From an uncultured Chloroflexia bacterium (lineage in GTDB: Bacteria; Chloroflexota; Limnocylindria; Limnocylindrales; CSP1-4), in NCBI GenBank assembly GCA_963749705.1, contig CAVVNQ010000007.1:128001-192000 (forward strand): a stretch of 64,000 bases of DNA, written 5' to 3'. The translations under genes and the position numbers were made by a program. The notes below the pieces were generated by a model. It searched no databases. It was not told where the DNA came from and worked only from the letters and a program-made list of their open reading frames with translations. Positions 1 through 13,735 of this stretch are shown piece by piece (position 1 is the first letter of the stretch; each line of letters opens with the position of its first letter).

Positions 1-1114
1 GTGCACCTGCCGCAGCTGCCCGCCGCCGGCGTGGGCGCCGGCCTGCACCTGCTCGACTGGCTCGAGCGATACATCTTCCCGCTCGAGCGCGCCTTCGACG
101 AGCCGGCCGCCGAACGCCTCGCCCCGGCCGCGTTCCGCGCGTTCGCCGCGGCGGGCACCACCACCGCCGTGATCTACGGAGCGGTCTACGAGCCCTCGCT
201 CGACGCCACGTTCCGCGCCGCCGAGGCACACGGGATCCGGGCGGTGATCGGCAAGGTGATGATGGATCGCGGCAGCTATGACGACCGGCTGCCGCCCGAG
301 CAGGTGCTCGAGACGAGCCTCCGCCAGTCCTCCGACCTGTGCAGCCGCTGGCACGGCCGCGACGGCGGCCGGCTGCGCTACGCGTTCACCCCGCGGTTTG
401 CCGTGTCATGCACCGCGGACATGCTGCGCGAGTCGGCGGCGCTGGCCCGCTCGACCGGCGCCTACTGGCAGACGCACCTGTCCGAGGACCGGCACGAGCT
501 GCGCGAGGTGGCGCGGCTGCACCCGGACGCGATCGACTACCTCGACGTGTACGACCGGGCGGGCGCCCTGGGCAACCGGACGATCATGGCGCACGCGATC
601 CACCTGTCGGACCGCGAGGTGGCGCGACTGGTCGAGACCGACACCGCGGTCGCGCACTGCCCGGCATCGAACCTGTTCCTCGCCTCCGGCGCGATGCGCC
701 TGGACCGGTACCGGTCCGCGGGGATCCGGGTGGGCCTTGGATCCGACGTGTCGGGCGGGCCGGAGCTCTCGCTGTTCGCCAACATGCGCGCCGGGGCGTA
801 CACGCAGAGCGGGCTGGGCGTGCTCGACGAGGGGCGGGGCCAGGCGCCGCTCGGCCCGCTCGACTGGCTCCGGATGGGAACGCTGGAGGGTGCGCAGAGC
901 CCTGGGGCTCGATGGGGAGATCGGCTCGCTCGAGCCGGGCAAGGAGGCCGACCTGATCGCCATCGATCCGCGGCTCGTGGCCCCCATCGAGGGCATCGAC
1001 TCGGATGAGCCCGACGAGATCATGTCGCGCCTTGCCTTCCGGCCGCATCCGGCGATGGTCCGCGCGGCCTGGGTCCGCGGCCGGCTGCTGGACGGGCCGC
1101 CGGGGCCGGCGTGA
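1..1114 (+). CDS. guaD: Guanine deaminase (5' truncated by the window edge; apparent +1 frameshift near 895)
   Basis: HLPQ, LLDWLERYIFP, TPRFAVSC, QTHLSE, AHCPASN and GLGSDV motifs in the 1..1008 frame; C-terminal GSLEPGKEADL continues in the 278..1114 frame. Confidence 0.85.
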
Positions 1115-1153
1115 CGGACCGGCGCGCCGCCGGGCGCCCACCGGGCGCCTCGC

Positions 1154-2752
1154 ATGACGCGCGACGTCGACCTGCTGCTGACGGGCGGCACGGTCGTCGA
1201 CGGGACAGGTGCGCCCGGGTACCCGGCGAGCGTCGCGGTCGCAGGCGACCGGATCGTCCTGCCGGCGCCGGGCGAGACCATCCGCGCCGCCCGCACGGTT
1301 GACGCCACGGGGCTCGTGATCGCGCCCGGGTTCATCGACCTCCACAGCCACGGCGGCCTCGTGATGCTCGCCGAGCCGCGCCACGAGCCCAAGGTCCGCC
1401 AGGGCGTCACCACCGAGGTGATCGGGGTGGACGGCAACTCGTACGCCCCGTTCCCGGACCCGGGCGACCTGCGCGACTTCGTGGTCCTCAACGGCGGGCT
1501 CGACGGCCGACCCGAGCTCGACTACGACTGGGCGACCGTGGCCGAGCATCTTGCCCGGTACGACCGCCGGGTCGCCGTGAACATCGCCTGCGTCGTGGGC
1601 AACTCCCCGCTCCGGATCGCGGCGCTGGGCTGGGACGACGTGGAGGCCGGCGCGGCCGCGATCGCCGACCAGCGGGCACGACTCCGCGAGGCGATGGAGG
1701 ATGGCGCCTTCGGGCTGTCGACGGGGCTCGACTATCCGCCCGGCTCGTACGCGACGACGGCCGAGCTGGCGGCGATCGCCACCGAGGCTGCGGGCCTCGG
1801 TGGGATCTACCACACGCACGTCCGCTACCCGCTCGGGGACGGGTTCCTGGACCCGTTCCGCGAGGCGATCGAGATCGGACGGCGGAGCGGCGCGCCCGTC
1901 CACATCACCCATTTCTACCACCGGGCAACCTTCCCGGGACCGCCCGAGCAGATGCTCGCGCTGGTCGACGATGCCCGCGCCGAGGGCCTCGACGTGAGCT
2001 TCGACCTGTACCCCTCGGAATGGGCGAGCACGCGACTGCTGATCATGCTCCCGACGTGGATCCAGGCCGGCGGGATCGGGCCGCTTCGCGAGCGGCTCGC
2101 CGACCGCGCGATGCGCGCCCGGATCCGCGACGAGCTGCGGGCACGAGGCCGGCTGTTCGCCGGCGACCGAACCTGGGACGAGCTGCGGATCGGCGCGCTC
2201 ACCCGCCCCGAGCACCTCGAATGGGAGGGGCGGATGCTGGGCGACCTGATGCGGGCGACCGGGCGCGATGCCGTGGACGCGATCTGCGACCTGCTGCTCG
2301 CGGAGGACCTGCGCGTCAACCAGGTGACGCCCGGGCCGCACCGCGACGGGATCCGCACGTTCCTCCAGCATCGCGGGGCGATGATCGGGACCGACGGGGT
2401 GCTGATCGGCGACAAGCCCGCGCCCCGGACGTACGGCTCCTACCCGCGGATCCTGGGCGAGCTCGTCCGCGAGGAGCGCTGGCTGGGACTCGAGGCGGCC
2501 GTCCACCGGATGACGGGCGCGCCGGCGGCGCGGCTCGGGCTCGCGGACCGGGGTCGGATCGCCGACGGCCTTGCTGCGGACATCGTCGCGTTCGATCCGG
2601 CCACGATCGCGTCCCGGGCGACCTACGACGATCCGCGCCGCTTCCCGGTGGGGATCCCGCTGGTGCTCGTCAACGGGGTGCCGGTGATCGACGGCGGCGA
2701 GCACACGGGCGCGACGCCGGGACGCTCGTTGCGTCGCGGAAACCACGCGTGA
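1154..2752 (+). CDS. N-acyl-D-amino-acid deacylase family amidohydrolase
   Basis: APGFIDLHSH, QGVTTEVIG, GLSTGLDYPPG, RTYGSYPRILG motifs. Confidence 0.85.
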   Translation: MTRDVDLLLTGGTVVDGTGAPGYPASVAVAGDRIVLPAPGETIRAARTVDATGLVIAPGFIDLHSHGGLVMLAEPRHEPKVRQGVTTEVIGVDGNSYAPFPDPGDLRDFVVLNGGLDGRPELDYDWATVAEHLARYDRRVAVNIACVVGNSPLRIAALGWDDVEAGAAAIADQRARLREAMEDGAFGLSTGLDYPPGSYATTAELAAIATEAAGLGGIYHTHVRYPLGDGFLDPFREAIEIGRRSGAPVHITHFYHRATFPGPPEQMLALVDDARAEGLDVSFDLYPSEWASTRLLIMLPTWIQAGGIGPLRERLADRAMRARIRDELRARGRLFAGDRTWDELRIGALTRPEHLEWEGRMLGDLMRATGRDAVDAICDLLLAEDLRVNQVTPGPHRDGIRTFLQHRGAMIGTDGVLIGDKPAPRTYGSYPRILGELVREERWLGLEAAVHRMTGAPAARLGLADRGRIADGLAADIVAFDPATIASRATYDDPRRFPVGIPLVLVNGVPVIDGGEHTGATPGRSLRRGNHA

Positions 2753-2842
2753 GGTCCGGCCGATGGCCATGACCGGCTCGCTGCTTGACACGCACCGGTG
2801 CACCGTTCCACCCTTCCGGGAACCCCACGGAGGCAGTCCAGG

Positions 2843-5220
<2,378 letters not shown>

Positions 5221-5224
<4 letters not shown>

Positions 5225-5721
5225 GCTGGCAGCTGGTCGTCAACGGCAACCCCGTCTCGGTCGACGCGCCGGGCATGCGCCGGCTGCTGGACGTCCTGCG
5301 CGAGGATCTCGGGCTGACCGGCACCAAGGAGGGTTGCGGCGAGGGCGAGTGCGGCGCCTGCACCGTGCTCATCGACGGCGACGCGGTCCTCAGCTGCCTC
5401 ATCCCGATGTGCCAGGTCGACGGCACCGACGTGCGCACGGTGGAGGGCCTCGCCCCCGCGCCCGGCCGGCTGGGCGTGCTCCAGGCGGCATTCCTGGAGG
5501 CGGGCGGCGCCCAGTGCGGGATCTGCACGCCGGGCATGCTGATGGCCGCCGAGGCATTCCTGGCGTCGGGTGCCGAACCGACCGACCACGCGATCCGCGA
5601 GGCGATCGCGGGCAACCTGTGCCGGTGCACCGGCTATACCAAGATCATCGACTCGATCCGGCTGGCCGCCGAACGGACGGGTGCGGGCGCGGGTTCGGTC
5701 GGCACCGAGGGAGCGGCCTGA
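5221..5721 (+). CDS. Xanthine dehydrogenase family 2Fe-2S subunit
   Basis: GTKEGCGEGECGAC, QCGICTPG, GNLCRCTGY; ATGA overlap with the upstream gene. Confidence 0.92.
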
Positions 5722-6602
5722 TGCCCGTCGAGCCCCCGGTCGTCTCGCCGCGGACGCTCTCCGAGGCCTACGCGCGGCTGGCCGAGCAGCCGTACCGCCC
5801 GCTCGCCGGGGGCACGGACCTGCTGGTGCAGCTGACCGGCGAGCTCGGTCCGGTCCCGGATCGGGTGCTCAACCTGTGGGGGCTCGACGAGCTCCGCGGG
5901 ATCGAGGTCCGGGGGGACGTGCTCGAGCTCGGGGCGCTCACCACCTACACCGGGATCCAGGGCTCCGCGGCCTGTCGGGCGCACGTCCCGTCGCTGGTGG
6001 ACGCCGCCGCGACGATCGGGGCGGTGCAGATCCAGCACCGGGGCACCATCGGCGGCAACGTGATGAACGCCTCCCCGGCGGGCGACACGCTGCCCGTGCT
6101 GCTCGCCCTCGACGCGGTGCTCGTGCTGGGCAGCGCGGCCGGAGAGCGCGAGGTTCCCGCGACCGACTTCTGGCCCGCGTACCGGCGCACTGCCGCGCGC
6201 CCCGACGAGCTGCTGGTGCGCGTCCGGATCCCGATCGTCGAGGACCGCGAGCAGCGGTTCCGGAAGGTCGGCACGCGACGCGCCCAGGCGATCTCCAAGG
6301 TCGTGGTCGCCGCGGCGTGGCGTGGCCAGGCCGAATGGCAGGACGTGCGGATCGCCCTCGGCTCGGTGGCGCCGACCCCGATCCGGGTGGCCGCGGCAGA
6401 GGCCGCGCTCGAGGGCCGCCCGCGCGACGTCGCATCGATCGAGGCGGCGGTCGCGGCGCTGGGATCGGCGATCAACCCGATCGACGACGTCAGGTCGACC
6501 GCCGCCTATCGGCGCGAGGCGGCGCGGCGGGTCGTGCGGCGGCTGCTCGCCGATGCCGCCGGGCTCGACGGCGACGCGACGATCCACGGAGGTGCAGCGT
6601 GA
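5721..6602 (+). CDS. Xanthine dehydrogenase family FAD-binding subunit
   Basis: LAGGTDL, IGAVQIQHRGTIGGN, ASPAGD, PIDDVRSTAAYR; TGATG coupling. Confidence 0.9.
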   Translation: MPVEPPVVSPRTLSEAYARLAEQPYRPLAGGTDLLVQLTGELGPVPDRVLNLWGLDELRGIEVRGDVLELGALTTYTGIQGSAACRAHVPSLVDAAATIGAVQIQHRGTIGGNVMNASPAGDTLPVLLALDAVLVLGSAAGEREVPATDFWPAYRRTAARPDELLVRVRIPIVEDREQRFRKVGTRRAQAISKVVVAAAWRGQAEWQDVRIALGSVAPTPIRVAAAEAALEGRPRDVASIEAAVAALGSAINPIDDVRSTAAYRREAARRVVRRLLADAAGLDGDATIHGGAA

Positions 6603-7453
6603 CCGAGCTCGGCCCGAACCGGTACGGCAAGCAGTCGATCCGGCTGGTGCGCGTGATCCACGGACCCGTCGACCGCGTCCGCGACCTGACCGTGGACGTG
6701 TCGCTCGAGGGCACGTTCGACGCGGCCTTCCGCGACGGGGACAACGCGTCGGTCGTGGCCACGGACACCATGAAGAACACGGTGTACGCGCTCGCGACCG
6801 AGCACCTCACCGGCGCCATCGAGCCGTTCGCGATCGACCTCGCCCGCCACTTCGTCGCATCCGACGCCGTGTCCGCGGCAACCGTGACCATCCGCGAGCA
6901 TGCCTGGCAGCCGATCGAGGCCGGTGGTGCCCCGGCTCCCGATGCGTTCCGGCGCACGGGTGGCGCGATCCGGACCGCCGTCGCCGTCGCCTCCTCGGCC
7001 GGTGCCGCCCCGATCACGGTCGACGGCGGCATCGAGGACCTGGTCGTCATGAAGACGCGGCGTTCCGCGTTCTCGGGCTTCGCACGCGACCGCTATACGA
7101 CGCTGCGCGAGGTGCGCGACAGGATCATGGCCACCCGCGTCAGCGCAACCTGGCGCCACGCGGGCACGTCCGCGGACTGGGACGCGCGTCACGAGGGGCT
7201 GGTTCGCACGCTGCTGGCGACGTTCACCGACCACGACAGCGAGTCGGTCCAGCACTCGATCTGGGTGATCGCGAACGCCATGCTGGCCGCCGAGCCCGGC
7301 ATCACCGAGGTCACGATGCGGCTGCCGAACCTCCATCACTGGCTGGTCGACCTGGCGCCGTTCGGGGGCACCAACGAGGGCGAGATCTTCGTGGCCACGA
7401 GCGAGCCCTACGGCATGATCGAGGCGACCGTCCGCCGGTCGGGCGGCGCGTGA
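6599..7453 (+). CDS. pucL: Factor-independent urate hydroxylase (uricase)
   Basis: LGPNRYGK, VATDTMKNTVY, DRYTTL, SESVQ, PNLHH, PYGMIEATV; GTG start after GGAGG. Confidence 0.93.
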   Translation: MTELGPNRYGKQSIRLVRVIHGPVDRVRDLTVDVSLEGTFDAAFRDGDNASVVATDTMKNTVYALATEHLTGAIEPFAIDLARHFVASDAVSAATVTIREHAWQPIEAGGAPAPDAFRRTGGAIRTAVAVASSAGAAPITVDGGIEDLVVMKTRRSAFSGFARDRYTTLREVRDRIMATRVSATWRHAGTSADWDARHEGLVRTLLATFTDHDSESVQHSIWVIANAMLAAEPGITEVTMRLPNLHHWLVDLAPFGGTNEGEIFVATSEPYGMIEATVRRSGGA

Positions 7454-7519
7454 CCGGCCGGGGGATGCGGCGCGTGATCCTTCCGGGACGCTGCGCATGA
7501 CCGGTTGGGGACCCGGCGC

Positions 7520-9112
7520 GTGACCCGCCTCGCGCCGGGGGTCGAGGTCGCCGGTCCCGACGTCGACGGTGTCGAGGAGATCCTGACGGCGGAGGCGGCG
7601 ACCTTCCTGGGTGACCTCGAGCGCCGGTTCCGCGACGAGCGCGCCGCCCTGCTTCGACGGCGGGCGGAGCGCCACGCGCGCATCGATGCCGGCGAGCGGC
7701 CCGGCTTCCTCGACGCGACCGCGGACATCCGGGCAGCAACGTGGCGCGTGGCGCCGACGCCCGCGGACCTCGACGACCGACGGGTGGAGATCACGGGACC
7801 GGCCGAGCCGAAGATGATGATCAATGCCCTCAACTCGGGCGCGTCGGTGTTCATGGCCGACTTCGAGGATGCGCTGAGCCCGGGCTGGGCCAACATCGTC
7901 GCCGGCCAGGTCGCGATCCGGGATGCCGTCCGGCGGACCCTCGCCCTCGACACGGCCGAGAAGTCGTACCGACTCAACGAGCGCACGGCCACGCTGCTCG
8001 TCCGGCCGCGCGGCTGGCACCTCGAGGAGCGGCACCTGCTGGTCGACGGCCGCCCGATGTCCGCGAGCCTGTTCGACGCGGGCCTGTTCCTGTTCCACGA
8101 CGCCGCCGAGGCCCTCGCCCGCGGGACGGGTCCGTACCTGTACCTGCCCAAGCTCGAGTCGCACCTCGAGGCGCGGCTGTGGAACGACGTGTTCGTCCAC
8201 GCGCAGGCCGCGGCGGGCGTGCCGCGCGGATCGGTCCGGGCGACCGTGCTGATCGAGACCATCCTCGCCGCGTTCGAGATGGACGAGATCCTGTACGAGC
8301 TGCGCGACCACGCCGCGGGCCTCAACGCGGGTCGCTGGGACTACATCTTCAGCGTGATCAAGCGGTTCCGCGACGACCCGGCGTTCGTGCTCCCGGATCG
8401 CGGCCAGGTGACGATGGCCGTCCCGTTCATGCGCGCCTACACGCGGCTGCTGGTCGCGACCTGCCATCGTCGAGGCGCGCACGCGATCGGCGGCATGTCC
8501 GCGTTCATCCCCAACCGCCGCGAGCCGGAGGTGACGGCCAACGCGCTGGCCAAGGTCCGCGAGGACAAGGAGCGCGAGGCCGGCGACGGGTTCGACGGCA
8601 CCTGGGTCGCCCACCCGGACCTGGTGCCGGTGGCCCGTGAGGTGTTCGATCGGGTGCTGGGCGACCGGCCGAACCAGAAGACGGCGCCGGGCGACGCATC
8701 GATCGGGCAGGCGGCGCTGCTCGGGGTGACCGTGCCAGCCGGCCGGGTCACGGAGGCGGGTGTGCGGCAGAACATCAGCGTCGCCGTTCGATACCTCGCG
8801 GCCTGGCTGGGCGGCAACGGGGCGGCCGCGATCGACAACCTCATGGAGGACGCCGCGACGGCCGAGATCTCGCGGTCGCAGCTGTGGCAATGGCGGCACC
8901 ACGGGGTGGCGCTCGACGACGGGGCGCCGTTCACGGCCGATCGATACCGCGCCATCCGCGACGCCGAGCTGGAACGGATCACGGCCGCCGGGGCAGCGGG
9001 GGATGGGGGAGCCGACCGTGTGGCCGAGGCGACCGGGCTGCTCGACCGCCTGGTCCTGGACGATGCGTTCGCGGAGTTCCTGACCCTCGACGCGTACCGC
9101 CACCTCGACTGA
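7520..9112 (+). CDS. aceB: Malate synthase A
   Basis: [68 protein letters not shown]. Confidence 0.95.
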   Translation: MTRLAPGVEVAGPDVDGVEEILTAEAATFLGDLERRFRDERAALLRRRAERHARIDAGERPGFLDATADIRAATWRVAPTPADLDDRRVEITGPAEPKMMINALNSGASVFMADFEDALSPGWANIVAGQVAIRDAVRRTLALDTAEKSYRLNERTATLLVRPRGWHLEERHLLVDGRPMSASLFDAGLFLFHDAAEALARGTGPYLYLPKLESHLEARLWNDVFVHAQAAAGVPRGSVRATVLIETILAAFEMDEILYELRDHAAGLNAGRWDYIFSVIKRFRDDPAFVLPDRGQVTMAVPFMRAYTRLLVATCHRRGAHAIGGMSAFIPNRREPEVTANALAKVREDKEREAGDGFDGTWVAHPDLVPVAREVFDRVLGDRPNQKTAPGDASIGQAALLGVTVPAGRVTEAGVRQNISVAVRYLAAWLGGNGAAAIDNLMEDAATAEISRSQLWQWRHHGVALDDGAPFTADRYRAIRDAELERITAAGAAGDGGADRVAEATGLLDRLVLDDAFAEFLTLDAYRHLD

Positions 9113-9184
9113 CGCACCGGACGGTCCGCCGACCGCCGTCGGCCCCGGCCCGGGATCGGGATCCGCCGTCCGCCCGAAGCCTGC

Positions 9185-10582
9185 TCAGCGCATTCGCTCG
9201 AGCTCGCGCTCCACGAACCGCCCATAGCCTCGCTGCCCCACGAAGACCCCATCGCGGACGACGAACCGGCCGCGCACGATCGTCGACCGGACGGCGCCCC
9301 GGACCTCGCGGCCCTCGTAGGGGGTGTAGTCGCTCGAGTGGTGAAGGTCGGTGGCGCGGATCGTCCGCTGCGCGGCCGGATCGAACAGCACCAGGTCGGC
9401 GTCTCGACCCACCTCGATCGCGCCCTTCGCGCGCAGCCCGAACAGCTGGGCGGGCGTCGTCGACAGCAGGTCGACCAGCCGCTCGATCGGGATCCGGCCG
9501 CCGGCGACGCCCTGGTCGTACGCGAGCGTCAGCAGCGTCTCGATCCCCGGGCTGCCGTTGGAGATCCGGTCGAACAATTCGCGCCATGACTGCTTCTCGA
9601 CGCCGACGCGGTCCGGGACGTGGTCGGTGGCGATCAGCGACAGCGAGCCGTCGGCGAGCCCGTCCCACAGCGCATCGGGGTTGCCCGGCGCCCGCAGCGG
9701 CGGCGAGATCACGAACCGGGCGGCGACCTCCGGCGGGGCGTCGTAGCGATCTTCGGTCAGCGTCAGGTACTGGGGGCACGTCTCGGCGAACACCGGCCGG
9801 CCCGCATCGCGCCCGCGGCGGACGGCGGCCAGCGCCTCCGCGGAGGACAGGTGGACGACGTACAGCGGCGCATCCGCGGCCTGCGCGAGCGCGATCGCGC
9901 GGGTCGTCGCCTCGGCCTCGACGTACGGGGGCCGCGAGCTCGCGTGGAACCGCGGCTCGACCTCGCCGGCCGCGAGATGGCGCGCGGTCAGCAATTCCAG
10001 GATGGTCCGGTTCTCGCAATGGACCTCGAGCATGCCGCCGTGCGCACCGGCCGCGGCGAGGGCCCGGAACAGCGTGGCGTCGTCCACGCCGAAGTCGTAG
10101 ACCATGAACGCCTTGGCGGTCGGGACGCCGGCCTCGATGACCCGCGGCAGCTCGCCGACGGGATCTGCCTGCATGGCCGTGACGACCAGGCTCAGCGCGA
10201 CATCGACCGCCGCGTCGCCATCGGTGGCCGCGCGCCACTCGCGGAGCCCGGTCACCAGCGACCGCGCGGCCGCGGGCGACGACCCGGTCCCCGGGTTGTT
10301 GAACGCCAGGAACGTGGTCGTGCCGCCGAACGCCGCGGCGACCGAGTCCGCGAAGAACCGGTCCGGTTCGGCGTTGGTGGCGACCCGCGCGTGCGTGTGG
10401 ACGTCCACCACGCCCGGCAGCACCAGCAGGCCAGCGGCCGCGACGACCTCGCGCGCCGTCCCGGCGAGCCCGCCCAGGTCCGGCTCCACGGCCGAGATCC
10501 GCCCGCCATCGACGGCCACGTCGGCCACCCGCGATCCACCCGCCGTCACGACCGTGCCGCCGCGGACGACGAGGTCGGTCAT
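9185..10582 (-). CDS. Cyclic amidohydrolase (dihydropyrimidinase/allantoinase family), probably allantoinase in this context
   Basis: PGVVDVHTH, GGTTT, VHCEN, ETCPQYL, SPPLR, ATDHVP, KGAIEVGRDADLVLFD. Confidence 0.85.
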   Translation of the reverse strand: MTDLVVRGGTVVTAGGSRVADVAVDGGRISAVEPDLGGLAGTAREVVAAAGLLVLPGVVDVHTHARVATNAEPDRFFADSVAAAFGGTTTFLAFNNPGTGSSPAAARSLVTGLREWRAATDGDAAVDVALSLVVTAMQADPVGELPRVIEAGVPTAKAFMVYDFGVDDATLFRALAAAGAHGGMLEVHCENRTILELLTARHLAAGEVEPRFHASSRPPYVEAEATTRAIALAQAADAPLYVVHLSSAEALAAVRRGRDAGRPVFAETCPQYLTLTEDRYDAPPEVAARFVISPPLRAPGNPDALWDGLADGSLSLIATDHVPDRVGVEKQSWRELFDRISNGSPGIETLLTLAYDQGVAGGRIPIERLVDLLSTTPAQLFGLRAKGAIEVGRDADLVLFDPAAQRTIRATDLHHSSDYTPYEGREVRGAVRSTIVRGRFVVRDGVFVGQRGYGRFVERELERMR

Positions 10583-10584
10583 CG

Positions 10585-11004
10585 TCAGCCCTCGCTGATC
10601 TCGATGTCCTGGGCACCGTCCCACAGGCAGCGGCGGCCCATCTCCCGCAGCCGGTCCTCCCAGCCCTCGTCGGGCAGGATCGATGCGAAGTGGTTCGCCG
10701 CCAGCTGGCCGACCTTGGACGAGGTCGTGCAGGCACCGTACGGGAAGAAGATCTCGCACTCGGAGACGCCGCCCGGGTACAGCGCGAGGTGGCCCGGTGC
10801 CGGGTGCGAGGTGTGGTGCTCCCAGCCCACGTCCGGTCGCAGGTCGCCGTACGGGATCCAGGTGGACTCGCCGCTCCAGCGGCAGTGGATCAGGCGCGCG
10901 TGCAGGGGGAGCATCGCGCGGATGATCTCGATCGTTCGCGGGGCCTCGGGCTCCCAGCGGGCGCTAAAGTGCAGGTCACCAACACGGATCGACAGCTCGC
11001 TCAT
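10585..11004 (-). CDS. DUF3830 family (cyclophilin-like fold) protein
   Basis: EAPRT, IHCRWSGE, TSHPAPG, YPGGVSECEI, SSKVGQLAANHF pattern recalled for DUF3830; C-terminal 139 aa of the 10585..14772 ORF. Confidence 0.8.
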   Translation of the reverse strand: MSELSIRVGDLHFSARWEPEAPRTIEIIRAMLPLHARLIHCRWSGESTWIPYGDLRPDVGWEHHTSHPAPGHLALYPGGVSECEIFFPYGACTTSSKVGQLAANHFASILPDEGWEDRLREMGRRCLWDGAQDIEISEG

Positions 11005-11018
11005 CGGCGGAGGATACG

Positions 11019-11349
11019 GTGCCCGACGGCCATCCGACCATCTCCACGCACGTCCTCGATACCGCGGGCGGCCGACCCGCGCCCGGGATCGCCGTCCGCT
11101 GCGAGCGGCTGGACGGCGACGCAGCCGAGGCCGGTGGGCGACGGCGTGACCGACGACGATGGCCGGATCCGCGACCTGCTGGGCGGCGTGCGGCTGGTCC
11201 CCGGCGTGTACCGGCTGTCGTTCGACCTGGGATCCGGGCGCTTCTTCGAGCGCGTCGCGCTCGAGGTCCGGATCGACGACGCCGGCCGGAGCCACCACGT
11301 GCCGCTGCTGCTGGCGCCGTACGGGCTGACGACCTACCGCGGCTCCTGA
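11019..11349 (+). CDS. uraH: 5-hydroxyisourate hydrolase (apparent +1 frameshift near 11130)
   Basis: N-terminal ISTHVLDTAGGRPA in one frame; TDDDGR and C-terminal HVPLLLAPYGLTTYRGS in the next frame. Confidence 0.88.
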
Positions 11350-11352
11350 CGC

Positions 11353-11898
11353 GTGGGGTCCGCGACGCCCGGCCCGGTTCCATCGAGCATCGCCGAGCTC
11401 GACGCGCTCGACGCTCCGGGCTGCGCCGAGGCGCTGGCGCCGCTGTTCGAGGGCGCGCCACGGTTCCTGGCCCGGCTCGCCGCCGCCCGCCCGTTCGGCG
11501 ATGCGGCGACGCTCATCGCGCGGGCGCGCGCGATCGCCCACGCGATGCCGGAGCCCGAGCAGGTCGAGCTGATCGACGCCCACCCCCCGCTGGGTGCCCC
11601 GCCCGGGTCCGTCTCGGCGCTGTCCTTCCGCGAGCAGGGCTACGACCACGAGGCCGCGGAGGCCGCGGCAGATGCGGATCGCACCCGCGTGGCGTCGGAG
11701 CTGGCGAGGCTCAACGCCGCCTACGAGCGGCGGTTCGGGTTCCGCTACTGCGTGTTCGTCGCCGGCCGGCCACGCGCGGCGCTGCTCCCCGGGATGGAAG
11801 CCGCGCTCGGCGCCGACCGCGAGCCCGAGCTGCATCGGGCCCTCGACGCCGTGGTCGACATCGCGGCCGACCGCTACCGGACGCTGCGCCAGCGCTGA
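11353..11898 (+). CDS. uraD: OHCU decarboxylase
   Basis: LIDAHPPLG, SFREQ, LNAAYERRFGFRY motifs; adjacent to uraH. Confidence 0.88.
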   Translation: MGSATPGPVPSSIAELDALDAPGCAEALAPLFEGAPRFLARLAAARPFGDAATLIARARAIAHAMPEPEQVELIDAHPPLGAPPGSVSALSFREQGYDHEAAEAAADADRTRVASELARLNAAYERRFGFRYCVFVAGRPRAALLPGMEAALGADREPELHRALDAVVDIAADRYRTLRQR

Positions 11899-12063
11899 CC
11901 CGCTCGGGCGCGGACGCTGTGCACGGGCCAACCCGATAGACTTCGGGCACCGGAGGATTCTCGCCGCGGGCGCGGATCGCTCCTCGCGGCACGTCAGACC
12001 GATCCGGCCGCCCGGGGGCATCGATCTCGCGCACCGACAGGCACACACCAGCGGAGGGAACGC

Positions 12064-13725
12064 GTGGAGAATCCGGTCATCGTTGCGATCGACGACGATC
12101 CGCAGGTCCTGCGAGCCGTCGAGCGCGACCTGCGCAGCCGGTTCGGGTCGAGCTATCGGATCGTCGCCGCGGACAGCGGCGCGACCGCGCTGGACGTGGT
12201 CCGCCGGCTCAAGCTGCGCAGCTCCGCCGTGGCGCTGTTCCTGGCCGACCAGCGGATGCCGGGCATGACCGGGGTCGAGTTCCTGACCGCCGCGCGCGAG
12301 ATCTACCCGGACGCCAAGCGGGTGCTGCTGACCGCGTACGCCGATACCGAGGTGGCGATCACCGCGATCAACACGATCCAGCTCGACCACTACCTGCTCA
12401 AGCCCTGGGATCCGCCCGAGGACAAGCTGTACCCGGTCCTCGAGGACGTGCTCGACGACTGGCAGGCGGGGTTCCTGCCGCCGTTCGAGGGTGTCCGCGT
12501 CATCAGCCATCGCTGGTCCGCTCGCGCCCACGAGATCAAGGACTACCTGGCCCGCAACCAGATCCCGTATCGCTGGCTGGACGTCGAGACCGAGTCCGAG
12601 GCATCCGAGCTGGCGGTGAGCGCCGAGGTGGACGCCGTCCGCCAGGTGATGGTCGTGTTCGGCGACGGCTCGCACCTCGTGGCGCCCACCAACGCCGAGA
12701 TCGCGGCCCACGTCGGCCTGCGGACGCACGCCGCGCTGCCCTATTACGACCTGGTGATCGTGGGTGGCGGACCGTCCGGGCTCGCCGCCGCCGTCTACGG
12801 CGCCTCCGAGGGGCTCAAGACCCTGATGATCGAGCGCGAGGCGCCGGGCGGGCAGGCCGGGACGACGTCGCGGATCGACAACTACCTGGGCTTCCCGGTC
12901 GGCCTGTCGGGCGCCGATCTTGCCCGTCGGGCGGTGGCCCAGGCCACCCGGCTGGGCGCCGAGATCCTGACCCCGCAGGAGGTGGTCGGGGTCACCGTCG
13001 AGGACCCGTACAAGGTGGTCAAGCTGGCCGACGGCTCCCAGCTGAGCTGCCAGGCGCTGCTGGTCGCGACGGGCGTCGAGTACCGCAAGCTCAACCTGCC
13101 CGATGCGGACCGCCTCGCCGGGTCCGGCATCTACTACGGTGGTGCGACCACCGAGGCGTCGTTCTACCGCGGCGAACGCGTGGCGGTGATGGGCGGCGGC
13201 AACTCCGCCGGCCAGGCCGCCGTCTGGCTGGCCCGATACGCCGAGCACGTCACCGTGCTGATCCGCGGCGACTCGCTGTCGGCGGGGATGTCCGCCTACC
13301 TGGTCGACCAGATCGCGGCCACCCCGAACATCACCGTCCGCACCGGCGTCAACGTGGTGGCCATCCACGGTGGCGAGACGCTCGAGGGGGTCGACATCGC
13401 GGCCAAGGCCGATGGATCGCAGGAGCGGCTGGAGGTGGCCGCGATGTTCGTGTTCATCGGCCAGGCGCCACGCACGGACTGGCTGGGCGACCTGGTCGAG
13501 CGCGACGACAGCGGCTTCGTGCTGACCGGCGTCGATCTCAAGCGTGTCGGCGACCACCCGAGAGGCTGGCCGCTGGCCCGGGAGCCGTTCATGCTCGAGA
13601 CGAACGTGCCGGGGATCTTCTCCGCGGGCGATGTCCGCTCGGCCTCGGTCAAGCGGATCGCCTCGTCCGTCGGCGAGGGCGCCATGGCGGTCCGGTTCGT
13701 CCACCAGCATCTCGCCGACCTGTGA
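12064..13725 (+). CDS. Response-regulator receiver domain fused to a thioredoxin-reductase-like FAD oxidoreductase
   Basis: IDDD, DQRMP, LTAYAD, LLKPW receiver; GGGPSGLAAA, IDNYLGFP, GGGNSAGQAA, GDVR, ASSVGEG TrxB-like domain. Confidence 0.88.
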   Translation: MENPVIVAIDDDPQVLRAVERDLRSRFGSSYRIVAADSGATALDVVRRLKLRSSAVALFLADQRMPGMTGVEFLTAAREIYPDAKRVLLTAYADTEVAITAINTIQLDHYLLKPWDPPEDKLYPVLEDVLDDWQAGFLPPFEGVRVISHRWSARAHEIKDYLARNQIPYRWLDVETESEASELAVSAEVDAVRQVMVVFGDGSHLVAPTNAEIAAHVGLRTHAALPYYDLVIVGGGPSGLAAAVYGASEGLKTLMIEREAPGGQAGTTSRIDNYLGFPVGLSGADLARRAVAQATRLGAEILTPQEVVGVTVEDPYKVVKLADGSQLSCQALLVATGVEYRKLNLPDADRLAGSGIYYGGATTEASFYRGERVAVMGGGNSAGQAAVWLARYAEHVTVLIRGDSLSAGMSAYLVDQIAATPNITVRTGVNVVAIHGGETLEGVDIAAKADGSQERLEVAAMFVFIGQAPRTDWLGDLVERDDSGFVLTGVDLKRVGDHPRGWPLAREPFMLETNVPGIFSAGDVRSASVKRIASSVGEGAMAVRFVHQHLADL

Positions 13726-13735
13726 TCCGACGCCC

